From the NCBI GenBank assembly GCA_951406725.2, contig OX597830.1, positions 78,926,001-78,990,000 on the forward strand: a DNA stretch of 64,000 nt. The letters run 5' to 3'. The notes beneath the pieces are model-generated. The model had not been told where the DNA came from, searched no databases, and saw only the letters and a list, made by a program, of their open reading frames with translations. The position numbers were made by a program, and so were the translations under genes. The first letter of the stretch is position 1. Every line of letters begins with the position of its first letter. Below are positions 1 to 13,783 of this stretch, piece by piece. Source of the stretch: Octopus vulgaris. Taxonomy: Eukaryota.

Positions 1-1028
1 ACGATCGTACTTAAAGGAGTTGGTGACAAAGATGTATTTAAAAACACCGTAGGGTCGCCTACAAAAGAATAAGCCGAATACGTGGTATAAAGAATATGAG
101 TGCCAGTAAATAATAAAGGAGAAAACACAACCGTTCTACTGATTGAGAGAGAAAGACTTTATTTACAGATGTGTACAATAAGAGTGTGTATGGGTGCTAG
201 CAGAGTGTAGTATCTGAGTGCGTGCACATAAGTGTCTCTGTGTCCGTTGTAAGTACAACAATGGTACGTACAACAAGTGTTTGTGTCTGTGTGTTCTTGT
301 GTGCGATACAAGAGTGAACATTAGTGCAAACACGGTGTATGCGCGTAAGACAGAATACAGAGCTTAGAATGAGTCTCTCGGGGTATTTCAGACAAGATGG
401 ACTTTATTTACCAGTTCGCAGTAAGGTTACACAATAGTTATAGTCCTGTACAAGAAGTTGAGGTCACGAGGCAGAACCGGTCACTAAACTTGTTGTGTGG
501 AGGTTGTGGCTATTATGCCGCGCCGGGTTACTTGATACAGGAATTCTTGCAGGTAGTTCTGGACTGTTAACCTTGGTGAAGTAGTCACAAACAGAGAGAA
601 GTTAACCTGGGCGAATGTTGTGTACGTATCGTTGAAGTCGACGGTGATGATGTCGGCGGTAGAGAACGGCGACGGTAGAGAACGGCGACGGTTGAGATGA
701 TGGCGGCGGTGGAGAACGGTCCTGAGTTGCTGCATGTTGGTCTCGTCGCTGGAACTGGCTGGTCTGGTCTTCGCAGCTGCCGCATGGTCAATGGTCAGAG
801 ACAAAAGACCTCGATTCACTGGATCGCTGGGTTTTTATAACGTTATAGAGGCTCCAGAAGAAAACCCAAAAGACTGTGTCACATGAACTTATTTGGAAGG
901 CACTGATTGGTTGGTTTACACATTGGCGCGAAATAAGTCAAGAGACAAACTGCGCCAACGCCAATCAATCAGAGCAGGAGACACAATAGGGCCCAAATAG
1001 CGGCCAAAGTTAACTGGTATCTACTACA
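1..1028 (-). mobile_element. probable LTR of an LTR retrotransposon (cut by window edge)
   Basis: Minus strand starts TGTAGT at 1028, then CCAAT boxes (905-970), TATAAAA (833-839), AATAAA (403-408, 158-163); more GC-rich than flanks. Confidence 0.5.
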
Positions 1029-1059
1029 ATATTATTTCTAATATATCTCTCAAACAGTG

Positions 1060-2352
1060 AGGATACCACCGAGCTACGCTACACTACTATTACTATCATC
1101 ACCATCACTACCACCACGACAACAACAACTACAACTACAACCATTGCCACTGTCATCCCTGCTACTACTACTACCAGTGCAACTACAAACATCACCACCA
1201 ACACCATCGCTAATGCTGCTATCACCTTTCACAACCATCACCACCAACACCACCAACACCACCAACACCACCACCATCACCACCAATTGGTTTATCGATT
1301 AATCTGTCAAAGCCCTTGCGTCACAGTCAGTGACCTTATCAATGACTTACCAATGTGCTTTTTAAGTAATACGTATTACATTTTCACTCTTCCTCTCATT
1401 TATTTGTAATAATCCTGAAGTGAAACATAACCAGTGCGTGTGTTTTTATTGGCGGCATGATCCTCCCGAAAGACATCAAAATCAACTTCAACGCATGATT
1501 TCACAAGAAGCTTGCAAAACAAATACAAAATACAGAGAATTAATGTTATTTTCATCAGAGTCATGTCTAACTCATAACCGGAAATGACGCTGACGAAAGT
1601 AGCATTAATTCTTTGGGTCGTTCGATTTTTCTCAACTGATCGATAAACCGATTGAGTAAACCTATCACGACTACTGGAAACAACTGTTAATCAAATTTAT
1701 TACAATAAAGAAATATTTAATGACAGTTAATTATAATAAATGGTCATTACATATTTATGTAATTATACTTTCTTGTATATCATCCTATATTTTTTTTAAA
1801 AAAAGAGAAAAGACAGAACACAACCTTTTAGATCGATCGATGTGATCCATTAAAACCGGTGAGGGAGTTCCCAAAATGGCCGCAGTCCAATACCTAGAAT
1901 CTGGAAAAGAACAAAGGAAAAACGTTTAGTTCATTGGTTTGCAATTTTCATACAGATAAGAATATTTGAAAAGATTGCAAACAGTTTAATAAAGTTAAAT
2001 AAAAATTTAACTGCAAAGAAAGAAGATTTAAGAAAAAAATGCGAATCATCCCTGGTGGGACTCGAACCCACGGCCTCTGGATTAGAAGTCCAGCGCGCTA
2101 TCCGCTGCGCTACAGGGACAAGACGAAACTAACTCTTTCTAAATAGTTTTTAACACGAAGTCCGTAATGTTAGGTAATTAGAGGTTTTGAACTATTTTCC
2201 TTTTTCTAGTTATACGCCCACATGTGCGTCTAAATATACATGTATATAGTGAAAGTTGCATATTATAATCACTTGCCAAACAAGTATTGTTATCAAATTT
2301 AGTGCATCAGACACAGAACATTACTATATCCGCTGTTTTATGTTATCAACTT
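1060..2352 (+). repeat. segmental duplication copy 1 (contains tRNA-Arg)
   Basis: Colinear diverged match to about 9915-11310. Confidence 0.85.
2047..2119 (-). tRNA. tRNA-Arg(TCT), intronless
   Basis: 73-nt cloverleaf GTCCCTG...CTGGA-CT-TCT-AA-TCCAG...GTTCGA...CAGGGATG; T-run Pol III terminator just downstream. Confidence 0.93.
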
Positions 2353-2644
2353 GACATGAGCCGCACGAACTTCTAGAGATAGCAACCACTAAATTTTCCT
2401 TCAGAAAAAGTTGGGTGATCATGATTGGAACGCTTAAGTATATGGTCTGCTGGACAGCAGATATGATCACACTTGGTATGAGGGATACATCACGGAATGC
2501 ATATAATTTCATAATCCTTTTGTATGATACTCACGAGAACAACTTGAGGTAATCTCTTTCTGTAACAGAATAATACTAAAACAAGTACTGCCATTTTAAT
2601 TTAAAAAGACAAATTGTCTGCGAATGTAAATCTTCCCTGAATAC

Positions 2645-2691
2645 CACCCCTGGATTGGAAGTCGGGCGCGGTATCCGCTGCACTACAGGGA
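2645..2691 (-). pseudogene. truncated, decayed tRNA-Arg copy
   Basis: Matches the 5' two-thirds of tRNA-Arg 2047-2119 with several substitutions; T-arm missing. Confidence 0.7.
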
Positions 2692-3215
2692 AATTGTCTG
2701 CATTTTCAATGATACACTCTTTGTTGCCGTGGCAACTATGGCAGCAAATGGTTTCCACTTCCGGTTGTGAGGACACTGGATTCATTTCATTGGCTAAAAA
2801 TATATAACTGACAATACTTCTATCTTGTCAATTATTAATTCTTCGAAAGCAAAAACTAAAAAGAAAAAATGAACGTGGTATTCAACTTCAGCATGCAAAA
2901 CTACATCTGTGTGGGAAATTTGAAAAAAATCCTTTGACAATTGAAACATTTTTTCAGGTCGTTGTAAGAAAACGAACAACATCCATTCTAAAAATTTCTT
3001 TTGCAAATCAGAATTGAAACCGGAGGAGTCGACATGGGCCGCTCCAACTACAGGAAACAGAAATTTACCTTCAATCAGTCGTACACTACCGCAGCGTTTC
3101 TCAACCGTAGCTCCCCGGAACACTAGTGTTCCGCAAAATGTTCCTAGGGGTTCCGTGAGAAAGAGTGAGATAAGCTAATGCTCATCTCATGATCGTAATA
3201 GTGCTATACGTGCAA

Positions 3216-3446
3216 GGCGGCGAGTTGGCAGAAACGTTAGCACGCCGGGCGAAATGCTTTGCGGTATATCGTCTGCCGCTACGTTCTGAGTTCAAATTCC
3301 TCCGGGGTCAACTTTGCCTTTCATCCTTTCGGAGTCGATTAAATAAGTACCAGTTACGCACTGGGGTCGATATAATCGACTTAATCCGTTTGTCTGTCCT
3401 TGTTTGTCCTCTCTGTGTTTAACCCCTTGTGGGTAGTAAAGAAATA
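3216..3446 (+). mobile_element. tRNA-derived SINE family A (representative copy)
   Basis: Head GGCGGCGAGCTGGCAGAAACGTTAGC with B-box GAGTTCAAAT, core GCCTTTCATCCTTTCGGGGTCGAT; other copies near 18.6, 20.5, 22.3-23.0, 32.0-32.3, 42.7-43.1, 46.5, 48.0-48.4, 49.7, 52.1-52.4, 56.4 and 60.3 kb. Confidence 0.85.
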
Positions 3447-3708
3447 GATTACATTGGATAGGGTATATTATAAAAGGTGTGGAGTAAAAAGTTGGGTAAT
3501 CATGATTAGAACGCTTCAGAATATGGTATGCTGGGCCGCAGACATGATTACACTAAGTATGAACGATGAATGACGGATTACATATAATTTCATCCTCTTT
3601 TTATATGATACCCACGTGAACAACTTTAGGTAATTTCGTTCTGTAACAGATGATAAAATAAAAAAAAAAAGCAGTACTGACATTTTAATTTAAGAAACAA
3701 AATTAATG

Positions 3709-3802
3709 TGCCCCGGGTGAGGGTCGAACTCACGACCTTCAGATTCCTCGGTTTTTGTATGTGATTATGAGACTGACGCGCTGCCTACTGCGCTACCGAG
3801 GC
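3709..3802 (-). tRNA. elongator tRNA-Met(CAT) with 21-nt intron
   Basis: GCCTCGGTAGCGCAGTAGGCAGCGCGTCAGTCTCATA[ATCACATACAAAAACCGAGGA]ATCTGAAGGTCGTGAGTTCGACCCTCACCCGGGGCA; G1-C72 and TTCG T-loop indicate elongator; intron at 37/38. Confidence 0.9.
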
Positions 3803-3897
3803 CACTGTCCGAAGAGCTAATATTTTCTGATTATAGTCTCGGCATAATTTTACTAGTGGCTTTGTGTGTATGTGTGTATATGTGTGTGTGTGTGAGA

Positions 3898-3963
<66 letters not shown>

Positions 3964-6698
3964 CAGAGACAGAGACAGAGACAGACAGAGAGACAGACAG
4001 AGAGAGACAGACAGACAGAGTGTGTGCATCTGTGTGCGCGCGCGCTTGAAATTTCCCTTCGATCAATCATACCCAACTGTCTTCAAAATGATGCCATCGA
4101 AGACTCCATTGAACAAGAAGATATCAGATACATAATGTTTAGATAAAGGCAGGATAATCATGTATATATATATATGTATAAAGTATATGGCTTAACTTAT
4201 TAAACAAAGTTCAACAATTTCATTTGTCTTTATGCAAAGAAAAAGAGGAGATTGGATGTTAAAATGGATTGTAGCTTTTATTTTTCATAATACTACACAA
4301 TTGTTTCATAAAAATGGACTCAGATATTCATAAATAGAAAATCGTAATAGTCATACTTGTACTCCTCAGTAGATAATAGAAAAAACAAAAAAAAAGTTTA
4401 AAGTACATAGGTTTTGGATTTAGTCTTTTTCATTCACAAAATGAGCCCCCTTTTAATTTTGCTCAGATTACTCTCAATTTTGGTGTATCTATGCAAATCT
4501 GAATTTTGATTACAATCAACCAATTACTTTATCTTGTAAATTAAAGAATCTGATGTTATTTGGTATTTAAGTTGGGAAATTTCGGTAATTCTAGCTAATC
4601 AACAGACGACGTGGCATTAGCGACTTGTTACCATGACAACCGCATGCTGTGTTGTGGTTCATTGTCTGTGCCGCAATTTGTTCTATGTTCATTTTTCACA
4701 TTTGATTCTTCACACCACGAGATTCTTTTCACCCCGGGTGTTTTGTTTTAACTTTTCTGTGTCTTAGTAAATTACATATTTCTCTGTGCTTTTTCTGTGT
4801 ATTAGTGTTTTTACATATTTTTCATTTCATATATTTTGGGGACTCATTGACTCAGATAGCTGGATTTATGATTTCACTAGGTTAATTCTATTCATAAAAA
4901 TTTTAATTAAGAGTATTTCTTAAACCGTTAGCTTCACATTTCAATAGTTGGATCTTTTCAATTACAGTCACAGGTTTTTTAATTAATTTTATTTTAACTA
5001 AACAGGCGCAGGAGTGGCTGTGTGGTAAGTAGCTTGATTACCATCCACATGGTCCGGGTTCAGTGCCACTGCGTGGCACCTTCGGCAAGTGTCTTCTTCT
5101 ATAGCCTCAGGCCGACCAAAGCCTTGTGAGTGAATTTGGTAGACGGACACTGAAAGACGCCCGTCGTATATATGTATATATATATATATATTTATTTCTA
5201 AATGCTGTATTTGTTTTCCGTGAGAGTTTGGCGCGCTGTTGGTTGGGGCATTTGAATTATAACGTCCGATGTAATCAATTGAACCGCACGCGTATTTATC
5301 GTTATGGTAAAATCTGGCGTGTGATTGAGTGGATTTCATCCAGATAGTCTTGGCTGAAGAGCTACAAATGGATTATTGTAAGTAATATTACATTTAATTC
5401 ATTAATAGCGAAACAATTGTCCCAAAATAATCTGTATTTTTGTTATTTTTTATTTGCCCTGTCCGTGTGAGCTAACAGTCGTACTGGCTTTCATGGGAAA
5501 CATGTATTTTTCGTGGTTGAAACCTTTTGGATTAACTGGTGCTAGAGTGATCAATATAGTGACCACTCTCTTATATTTATTTTGTGAAAATATTATAATA
5601 TGTTATAAAATATTATAATAATCCAGGTTTCTCGTAGCACTAGGCCACTTGGTGTGGAATAAATATACTATTAAATTAGTATCTAATTCTCTCACCCTTA
5701 TTAATAATTATATATATATATATATATATATGTGCGTGTGTGTTTGTGTCTATGTTTGTCCCCCTAGCATTGCTTGACAACCGATGCTGGTGTGTTTATG
5801 TCCCCGTCACTTAGCGGTTCGGCAAAAGAGACCGATAGAATAAGTACTGGGCTTACAAAGAATAAGTTCCGGGGTCGAGTTGCTCGATTAAAGGCGGTGC
5901 TCCAGCATGGCCGCAGTCAAATGACTGAAACAAGTAAAAGAGTAAACAGTAAACAGTAAACAGTTTGAACCTTCGGATACTGGTTGAATGTGTCACGTAG
6001 AACACGGTTTACTCTTATAATGGGACTCGAAGGTTCATGATACATGCGGAGTATCTTCTCCCATTACAATTATTTTCTGTAGTCTTAGGATCTGGAACTC
6101 GAAGAAGAAGAAGCTTACAAGCGGATGCAATTCAATGGTTGTATATTTAGTTCTCATTCATGGGGTTCGCTCCCGGCGACCATCCGTATGGCAGCGCGTA
6201 GTTCGTTATAGCTCCGTTCACGTGAGGTACATTACCTCTGGAGATAATGGGTGAAGATAGAGCAAGACAAGAATCTGCTGTGAGCCGCCAGTTTGCAGTG
6301 CTGCTCAGCGTGAGCGCGAATGCCAGAGAGAGACTCACCTTATTACGCCTCCTTAAATAGCTGTTGCCCACGAGAGCCTCGCTGTAGTCACGCACATGTC
6401 AAGCATGGTTTTAGGTGAGATCTCGGTCTCGGACATGGTAATGGCTGCCATTGAGAGCTCGTACAAAATGGTGCTGGCTTCTTGTGTCACGCTACACTCT
6501 TAACGTTTTTGACAAAACTTTGTATTTTAGAAGTTATTTCGTGTTAAAGTTGTCGTATTTGGGTAATTTTAACCAATCAATGACGTGTATTCAGTTGAAG
6601 AATGTTACTATTGTTTGCGAATGTAATGGAAGAGTAACAACTTCCGCGTCACCGGATCATGAAAGAGATGGGAGAAAAGTATAAAAGATAAGGAAGAT

Positions 6699-6903
6699 GG
6701 TACTATTTAAGAAGAGCTAGTCGTGACTAGTCGATCCTTACTTTGCCTTTTTGCTTTATTTACTTTGTTAAAAAATTTTTTTTATTTTGTATTTTATTTA
6801 CTTTGCTAGATAGTCTTTGTAGGATCGACTAGTCACGACTAGCTAGCGCGGATGCGCGAGTACGGGAGTGCGCGCACCGGGACCACTCTTCTTAAATAGT
6901 ACC
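6699..6903. mobile_element. MITE with GGTACTA terminal inverted repeats
   Basis: TIR GGTACTATTTAAGAAGAG / CTCTTCTTAAATAGTACC; related to 19139-19401. Confidence 0.75.
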
Positions 6904-7070
6904 AGAAAGGTGGGTGAGAAAAACAGAAAGTTCTTTTGTAGGGAATACATACGTGTGTGTATGCGTGTGTATTTCTTTCCGTCTTATCCAATGTGTCCTC
7001 CCGCTTATACAATGTTAGGTGTGACATTGAGTGAGATTTTGGCTATTATTTCCAGCAAATCGTAGAGAGA

Positions 7071-7128
<58 letters not shown>

Positions 7129-7266
7129 ACGGAGAGAGTGGAGGTGTGTTGACGATCTGAACGACAGCCTATATAAACTTACCATCCTCCTACCACTGCA
7201 TATTAATTTATTAATATCTACCCTTTTCCTTGTTTCCATTCGAGGTTCTATCAGCTTTACATATGA

Positions 7267-7299
<33 letters not shown>

Positions 7300-7979
7300 A
7301 CGGACAACATGAACTGTCGTCAACTGCACAATCCCCACTCCTTAAAGCTTTGTATTCCTTGCACCCACCTCCCTTTCTTTTTCTCCACAAATACAAGACA
7401 GACAGACACAATACTGAAATACGCATTAAATAAACACACGCAGACAAATATATTAATAGAACAAGTTTTTCAAAACATAATAAAAACATACAATCAATGA
7501 AGAAATAAAAAAAAAACAGTAAGATGCTTTATGGTATTTTATTAGGTATTCCTGTTTTTTTTTTTAAACCTTCAATGAACAGGTCATGTCACAGACGCTA
7601 AACGCAGAAAATTTCTGTCTCGCTATTGGCTAAAAAACTTTTTCCTCCATTTTTTTTTCTCCATAACATCATACCTTCATAGCATTTAGACTGGAAAACT
7701 ACACTGTTATAGCCGATTTTCAGATTATTTACTTCCTCTTAAATAAATGCATATATTTTAAATGAAAAAACACTAGCCCCTAGGTTTTTTCTTAGTTATT
7801 ATTTTAGGATTTGTAATTTCGTTCTTCCAGTCACATTTATTTGAATCTAGTCTAAAAAATATAGAAAGCTGGTGTTAATACAAGTAATATTAAATCTGAC
7901 ATCCTCTTTATCAAATCCAATATGTATCTCTATTTAAACCTCCTAATTTTTTTTGTTTTTTACTGGCCAAGCTGTGTAT

Positions 7980-8051
7980 CACAACCTTCAGATGACTTGA
8001 TTTCATACTTGATTATAGGACTGACTCTCGGTCTACTGCGCTACCGAGGGC
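7980..8051 (-). pseudogene. truncated tRNA-Met-derived pseudogene with intron
   Basis: 5' half, intron and variable loop recognisable; anticodon loop changed to CCTATA; T-arm and 3' acceptor strand lost. Confidence 0.75.
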
Positions 8052-8688
8052 AGAAGATCGCACTGCTCATATATAATGGTAACAATCTCGGCACAGTATT
8101 GCGCGCATGTGTGTGCGCACGTGCGTGTAGATGTTCTGTTAGAACAAACTATACTGCGCTAGATGCCATGAGAGAAATTCACATAGTGGCTTTGCATGCA
8201 ATATACACTGTAGCGATATAAACAAGAGTGCATTTTGCACCAAAAAGCCAATATGAGAGTGTCACTCACAATATCTACCGCAGTATAGTTTGTTCTAACA
8301 GAACAACCACATTTAAGTGGGGATAAATATCGCTTTCAGATTTTGACTCACGGTCATCATGTCCGGTGAGGCAGAGAGTAAGACAATTACATAGACCCCA
8401 GCGCCCGACTGGTATTTATTTTATCGACCCTGAAAGGATGAAAAGGAAGAGTTAACCCCTGGATATTACTCTTTACTCTTTTACTCTTGTACTTGTTTCA
8501 GTCATTTGACTGTGGCCATGCTGGAGCAGCGCTTTTAGTCGAGCAAATCGACCCCAGGACTTATTCTTTGTAAGCCTAGTACTTATTCTATCGGTCTCTT
8601 TTGCCGAAATGCTAAGTCATGGGGACGTAAACACACCAGCATCGGTTGCCAAGCGATGTTGGGGGAGGACAAACACAGACACACAAAT

Positions 8689-8773
<85 letters not shown>

Positions 8774-9392
8774 TACGACAGGCTTCTTTCAGTTTCCGTC
8801 TACCAAATCCACTCACAAGGCTTTGGTCGGCCCGAGGCTATAGTAGAAGACACTTGCTCAAGGTGCCACGCACTGGGACTGAACCCGGAACCATGTGGTT
8901 GGTAGGCAAGCTACTTACCAAACAGCCACTCCTATTAATGCAAATAATTATATCTTCTTACACGCTACCCACGGGAACAATTGAGGCAATTTCTTTCTTT
9001 AACACCATCATCAGAAGTGACGTGGGATCTTTTCGATTTGACCGGCAGATTTTTAAAATAATTTCTTTGTAACTAAACACTTTTAAACTTCGTATACTGG
9101 TAGAATGTGTTACATAAAACATCTTTTTCTCTTGGTTTTCTTGAGAAAATTCTGTAGTTTGTAGGCTATTTGTTGTTTAATTTATCGTATTTCGGCAATG
9201 TTGTTGACCCCAGTGCTCGAATGGTACCTATTTTATCGTCTCCGAAAGGATGAAAAGGAAAACTCAACCTCGGGTTATTAATACAAATAAATATATCCTC
9301 TTATACGGTACCCACGGGAACAATTTGAGGTCAACTCTTCTGACACAATCATCAAAACGATTTGTGTGTGAGTAATTGAAAAAAAAAAAATG

Positions 9393-9486
9393 TGCCCCAG
9401 GTGAGGATCGAACTCACGACCTTCAGATTCCTCTAACTTTATGCTTGATTATGAGACTGACGCGCTGCCTACTGCGCTACCGAGGC
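9393..9486 (-). tRNA. elongator tRNA-Met(CAT) with 21-nt intron, second copy
   Basis: Exons nearly identical to 3709-3802; intron ATCAAGCATAAAGTTAGAGGA; long poly-T terminator. Confidence 0.9.
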
Positions 9487-9648
9487 CACTGAAAGAACAT
9501 TTCTACTTTTCTGATAATAGTTTAGCTATGGGCTGATGGTTACGGATGTTAGTGTGTACCTGCGCGTGCGCTTTGTGTGTTCGTGTGTCTGTCTATGTGA
9601 GTGTGTGTTGACCTACACATCTATCTAAATTGTATTGTGGTGGTGGTG

Positions 9649-9705
<57 letters not shown>

Positions 9706-9914
9706 CAAACTATTCGACAGTTTGAGAAGCAGAGTCACCATCGTCGTCGTTGCCGTCACTGCCGAAGGCTCAGCGGAAGATGACAACTAATGACGGAGAG
9801 GGACGGAACTGGCGATTAACAACGAAGCTTACCGAAAGAAAATGTCTGAATTTCTTTGAACTTTCGGCTGACGCAATAGCATTCAATGACTAAAAGGTTA
9901 TACCAACCTATACT

Positions 9915-11310
9915 TCAACTACCACCATCACCACTATCGCGACTATTACTGCTATTAAAACCAGCACCACAACCACGACTAATACTACTACTACAACCAC
10001 AACCACTGCCCTCCTTCCTATTACTAGTACAACTTCAAACATCACCACCAACACCATCGCTAATGCTGCTATCACCTTTCACAACCAACACCACCATCAC
10101 CACCAACACCATCACCACTAACACCATCACCACCAACACCATCACCACCAACACCATCACCACCAACACCATCACCACCACCACCATCACCACCAATTGG
10201 TTAATCGATTAGTCTGTCAAAGCCCTTGCGTCACAGTCAGTGTCCTTATCAATGACTTACCAATTCGCTTTTTAAGCAACTCTTTCTCCGCAATACGTAT
10301 TACATTTTCACTCTTCCTCTCATTTATTTGTAATAAACCTGAAGTGAAACATAACCAGTGTGCGTGTTTTTATTGGCGGCACGATCCTCCCAAAAGACAT
10401 CAAAATCAACCTCAACGCATGATTTCACGTCAAGAAGCTTGCAAAACAAATACAAAATACAGAGAATTAATGTGGTCTTCATCAGAGTCATGCCTGGCTT
10501 ATAACCAGAAATCTCTCTGACGAAAATAGCGTTAATACTTTAGGTCGTTCAAATTTTTCTCAACCGATCGATAGTCCGATTGAGTAAACCTGTCAACAAT
10601 GAACCTATCATGACTACTGGAAACAACTGTTAGTCAAATTTATGACAGTATCACCATTAATTATAATTAATGGTCATTACATATTTATGTAATTATGCTT
10701 TGTCTTGTATATCACTTTGTATAAAAAAAAATTTAATACAGACCACAACGATTTAGATCGAACGATGTGATCGATTAAAATTTGTGAAGGGCGTCCCCCA
10801 GCATTGCCGCTGTCCAATACCTAGAATCCGAAAAAGAAGAAAGGCAAAAAAGTCTAGTTCATTGGCTTTCATTTCTCATAGAGATAAGAATATTCGAAAA
10901 AATTGCAAACAACTTAAATGAAGTTGAATGAAAATAATCTTCATAAAAATTTAATCTGAAATAAAGAAAATTTTTAAAATATTAAAAAAAAAAGTTGAAT
11001 CATCCCTGGTGGGATTCGAACCCACGACCTCTGGATTAGAAGTCCAGCGCGCTATCCCCTGCGCTACAGGGACAAGACAAGCAGTAATGTTTCTAAATAG
11101 TTTTTAACGAGAAGTCTCAGATGTTTGACAGGTACTGAGGTATTTTGAACTATTTCCTTTGTAAATATACGCCCGCCCGTCCACGTGTACGTCGAAATAT
11201 ACGCGTATAAGGTGAAGGCCGCATATTGTAATCACCAAACAGTTATTGTTACCAAATTTAGTCCATCAGACGCGGAACATTACTATACCTGCAGCTTTAT
11301 GTCGTCAACT
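9915..11310 (+). repeat. segmental duplication copy 2 (contains tRNA-Arg)
   Basis: Colinear diverged match to 1060-2352. Confidence 0.85.
11001..11073 (-). tRNA. tRNA-Arg(TCT), intronless, second copy
   Basis: Same cloverleaf with 3 substitutions; poly-T terminator downstream. Confidence 0.92.
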
Positions 11311-12460
11311 CGTTGTTGCTACATATTAGATTCCGTCTCTAGACTGATCATAATAAGCGACTTCTGTTGTAAATAATTACTTTCTTTTCTCGTATCATCC
11401 ACTCCATATAAGTTTTAACTTATTTAGCAAAATTCGTGTCATTAACCGAGTTGTGTTATTTCCTTTCGGTAATTATTTATTTGCATATTTCCAATCTTAA
11501 GACGTTTCTGGTGTATGAATTGAGAAAGATTTGTGCTGCTATTTCTAGTAGCGCGGATCGTCCTAAAAATACATGGGGGTAAGGCCATGTGGGACAAAAT
11601 ACCTTTACTTACACAGTTACGTCCCTTTACCTTCACAGCTGAAAACCCACGCTGGTTCGGTGTTATGACAATAATATTACTTTTTTACTAGTTTCAGTCA
11701 TTTGACTGTGGCCATGCTGGAGCACCGCCTTTAGTCGAGCAAATCAACCCCAGGACTTGTTCTTTGTGAGCCTAGTACTTATTCTATCGGTCTCTTTTGC
11801 CGAAATGCTAAGTTACGGGGACGTAAACACACCAGCATCGGTTGTCAAGCGATGTTGGGGGGGACAAACAAAGACATACAAACATATACATACACGTACA
11901 TATATATATATATATATACATATATACGACGGGCTTCTTTCAGTTTCCGTCTACCAAATCCACTCACAAGGCTTTGGTCGGCCCAAGGCTATAGTAGAAG
12001 ACACTTGCCCAAGGTGCCATGTAGTGGGACTGAACCCGGAACCATGTGGTTGCTAAACAAGCTACTTACCACACAGCCACTCAATATTGCTTTCAAACTT
12101 TGGTACAAGACCAACAATTTTGGGGAAGGGGTTAGTTGATTATATTGTCCCAACTATCCAACTGGTACTTATTTTATCGATCCAAAAGGATGAAAGGCAA
12201 AGTCGACCTCGGTAGAATTTAGAACGTAATGACGGACGAAATGCCGTAAGCATTTTGTCCGGCGTACTAACGATTTTGCCAGTTCGCCGCCTTTTTCCGT
12301 GACTAATATTATACATGTGAGATGAGTAGCTTGCTTCACAACTACTTGGTTCCAGGTTCAGTCCCACCTTGGTCAAGTATCTTCTACCATAGCCTCTGGC
12401 CGACCAAAGCCTTGTGAGTGGATTTGGTAGGCGGGAACTGAAAGAAGCTCGTCGTATACA

Positions 12461-12562
<102 letters not shown>

Positions 12563-12716
12563 TGTGTGTGTGTGTGTGTGTATTACGGATATGTACTCGC
12601 ATAGCAAGTGATTTGATCTGAGATCGGGTGCTGGAACGAAAACAATTGCAGCGTGGAAGGTGTTTGTAAGCCATTTAAGAAACACACAAAAGCCGTGCTG
12701 AAATGCAGTACGGATT

Positions 12717-12767
12717 TTTGTCAGTGAACAGGTCGCTGTCTTAAAGCGACGAAAATATTTTGACAAA
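12717..12767 (+). ncRNA. hammerhead ribozyme-like motif, G3-C8 core variant
   Basis: Stem I TTTGTCA/TGACAAA, core GTGAACA+G, stem II GTCGC/GCGAC, GAAA, palindromic stem III AATATT. Confidence 0.6.
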
Positions 12768-13012
12768 TTGAACTTAAATGTTGAAGTGAATCGAACGGCT
12801 TTTGTGTTTCTTAAATGGCTTACAAACACCTTCCACGCTGCAATTGTTATATATATATGCCATGCGCATATATGTATATAGTATGTGTATATATATATTA
12901 CGATGATCCGGTTCTTGACTGAAGATGAGGGTTTTATATGTCCTGTCCGTGTTTATTGTATCGTCTTCTAAGAGTTATACGTTCTTGTCCATGTTGTATT
13001 TTTCACATACCT

Positions 13013-13043
<31 letters not shown>

Positions 13044-13436
13044 CTAGCAGTATCGCCCGGCGTTGCTCGGGTTTGTAAGGGAAATAATTATATAAGCATT
13101 TTTAGAGATGTAAAGTATAATAGCCATCTCAATATGGCTAACCACAAAGGGGGTGGGTGTTACTGTAGCTTTTTACGTTCTGAGATTTAATAATAAATTT
13201 TAGAGAGTTACTTCCCTTATATATGTCAAAAATGGATTAAAAATGGGAAAAATTGATGGTAAATTTTTTTTTAATCGTAGACTCATCGTAGACGCGCGCT
13301 AATACCCAGACGGTCTCGATATGAATCACGACTATAAGATACCCGGTTTTGGTTAAACTGCACCGCAAAATGTGGGAGTAGTTAGGAATCTAAATCGTAG
13401 GAGACAGACACACAACCTCACTTTTATATATAAAGA
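13044..13436 (-). mobile_element. non-autonomous Helitron
   Basis: Minus strand 5'-TC...hairpin CCCGAGCAACGCCGGG...CTAG-3', inserted between A and T. Confidence 0.8.
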
Positions 13437-13732
13437 TTTCCTCTATTTACATAATATTGAGGTCTCTTTCTTTCTTTTGTTATCTTACTGTTTTTACCAA
13501 TATACATATATATATATATATATATAAATATATATATAGTTACAGAGATGTACTTGCATAGCAAGTGACTTGATCTGAGATCTTGTGCTGGAACGAAAAC
13601 AGTTGCAGCGTTGAAGGTGTTTATAAGCCATTTAAGAAACACACAAAAACCGTTAGATTCACTTCAACATTTAAATTTAATTTGTGAAAATATTTTCGTC
13701 GCTTTGAGACCGCGACCTGTTAGCACGATATT

Positions 13733-13783
13733 TTTGTCAGTGAACATGTCGCGGTCTGAAAGCGACGAAAATATTTTGGCAAA
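13733..13783 (+). ncRNA. hammerhead-like motif, G3-C8 variant, second copy
   Basis: Same fold; changes confined to loop II, the extra nucleotide and a G-U wobble in stem I. Confidence 0.55.

Noticed and set aside
484-819. 111-aa ORF in a GC-richer region
   Set aside because: No recognisable motif; lies within the probable LTR and includes short internal repeats.
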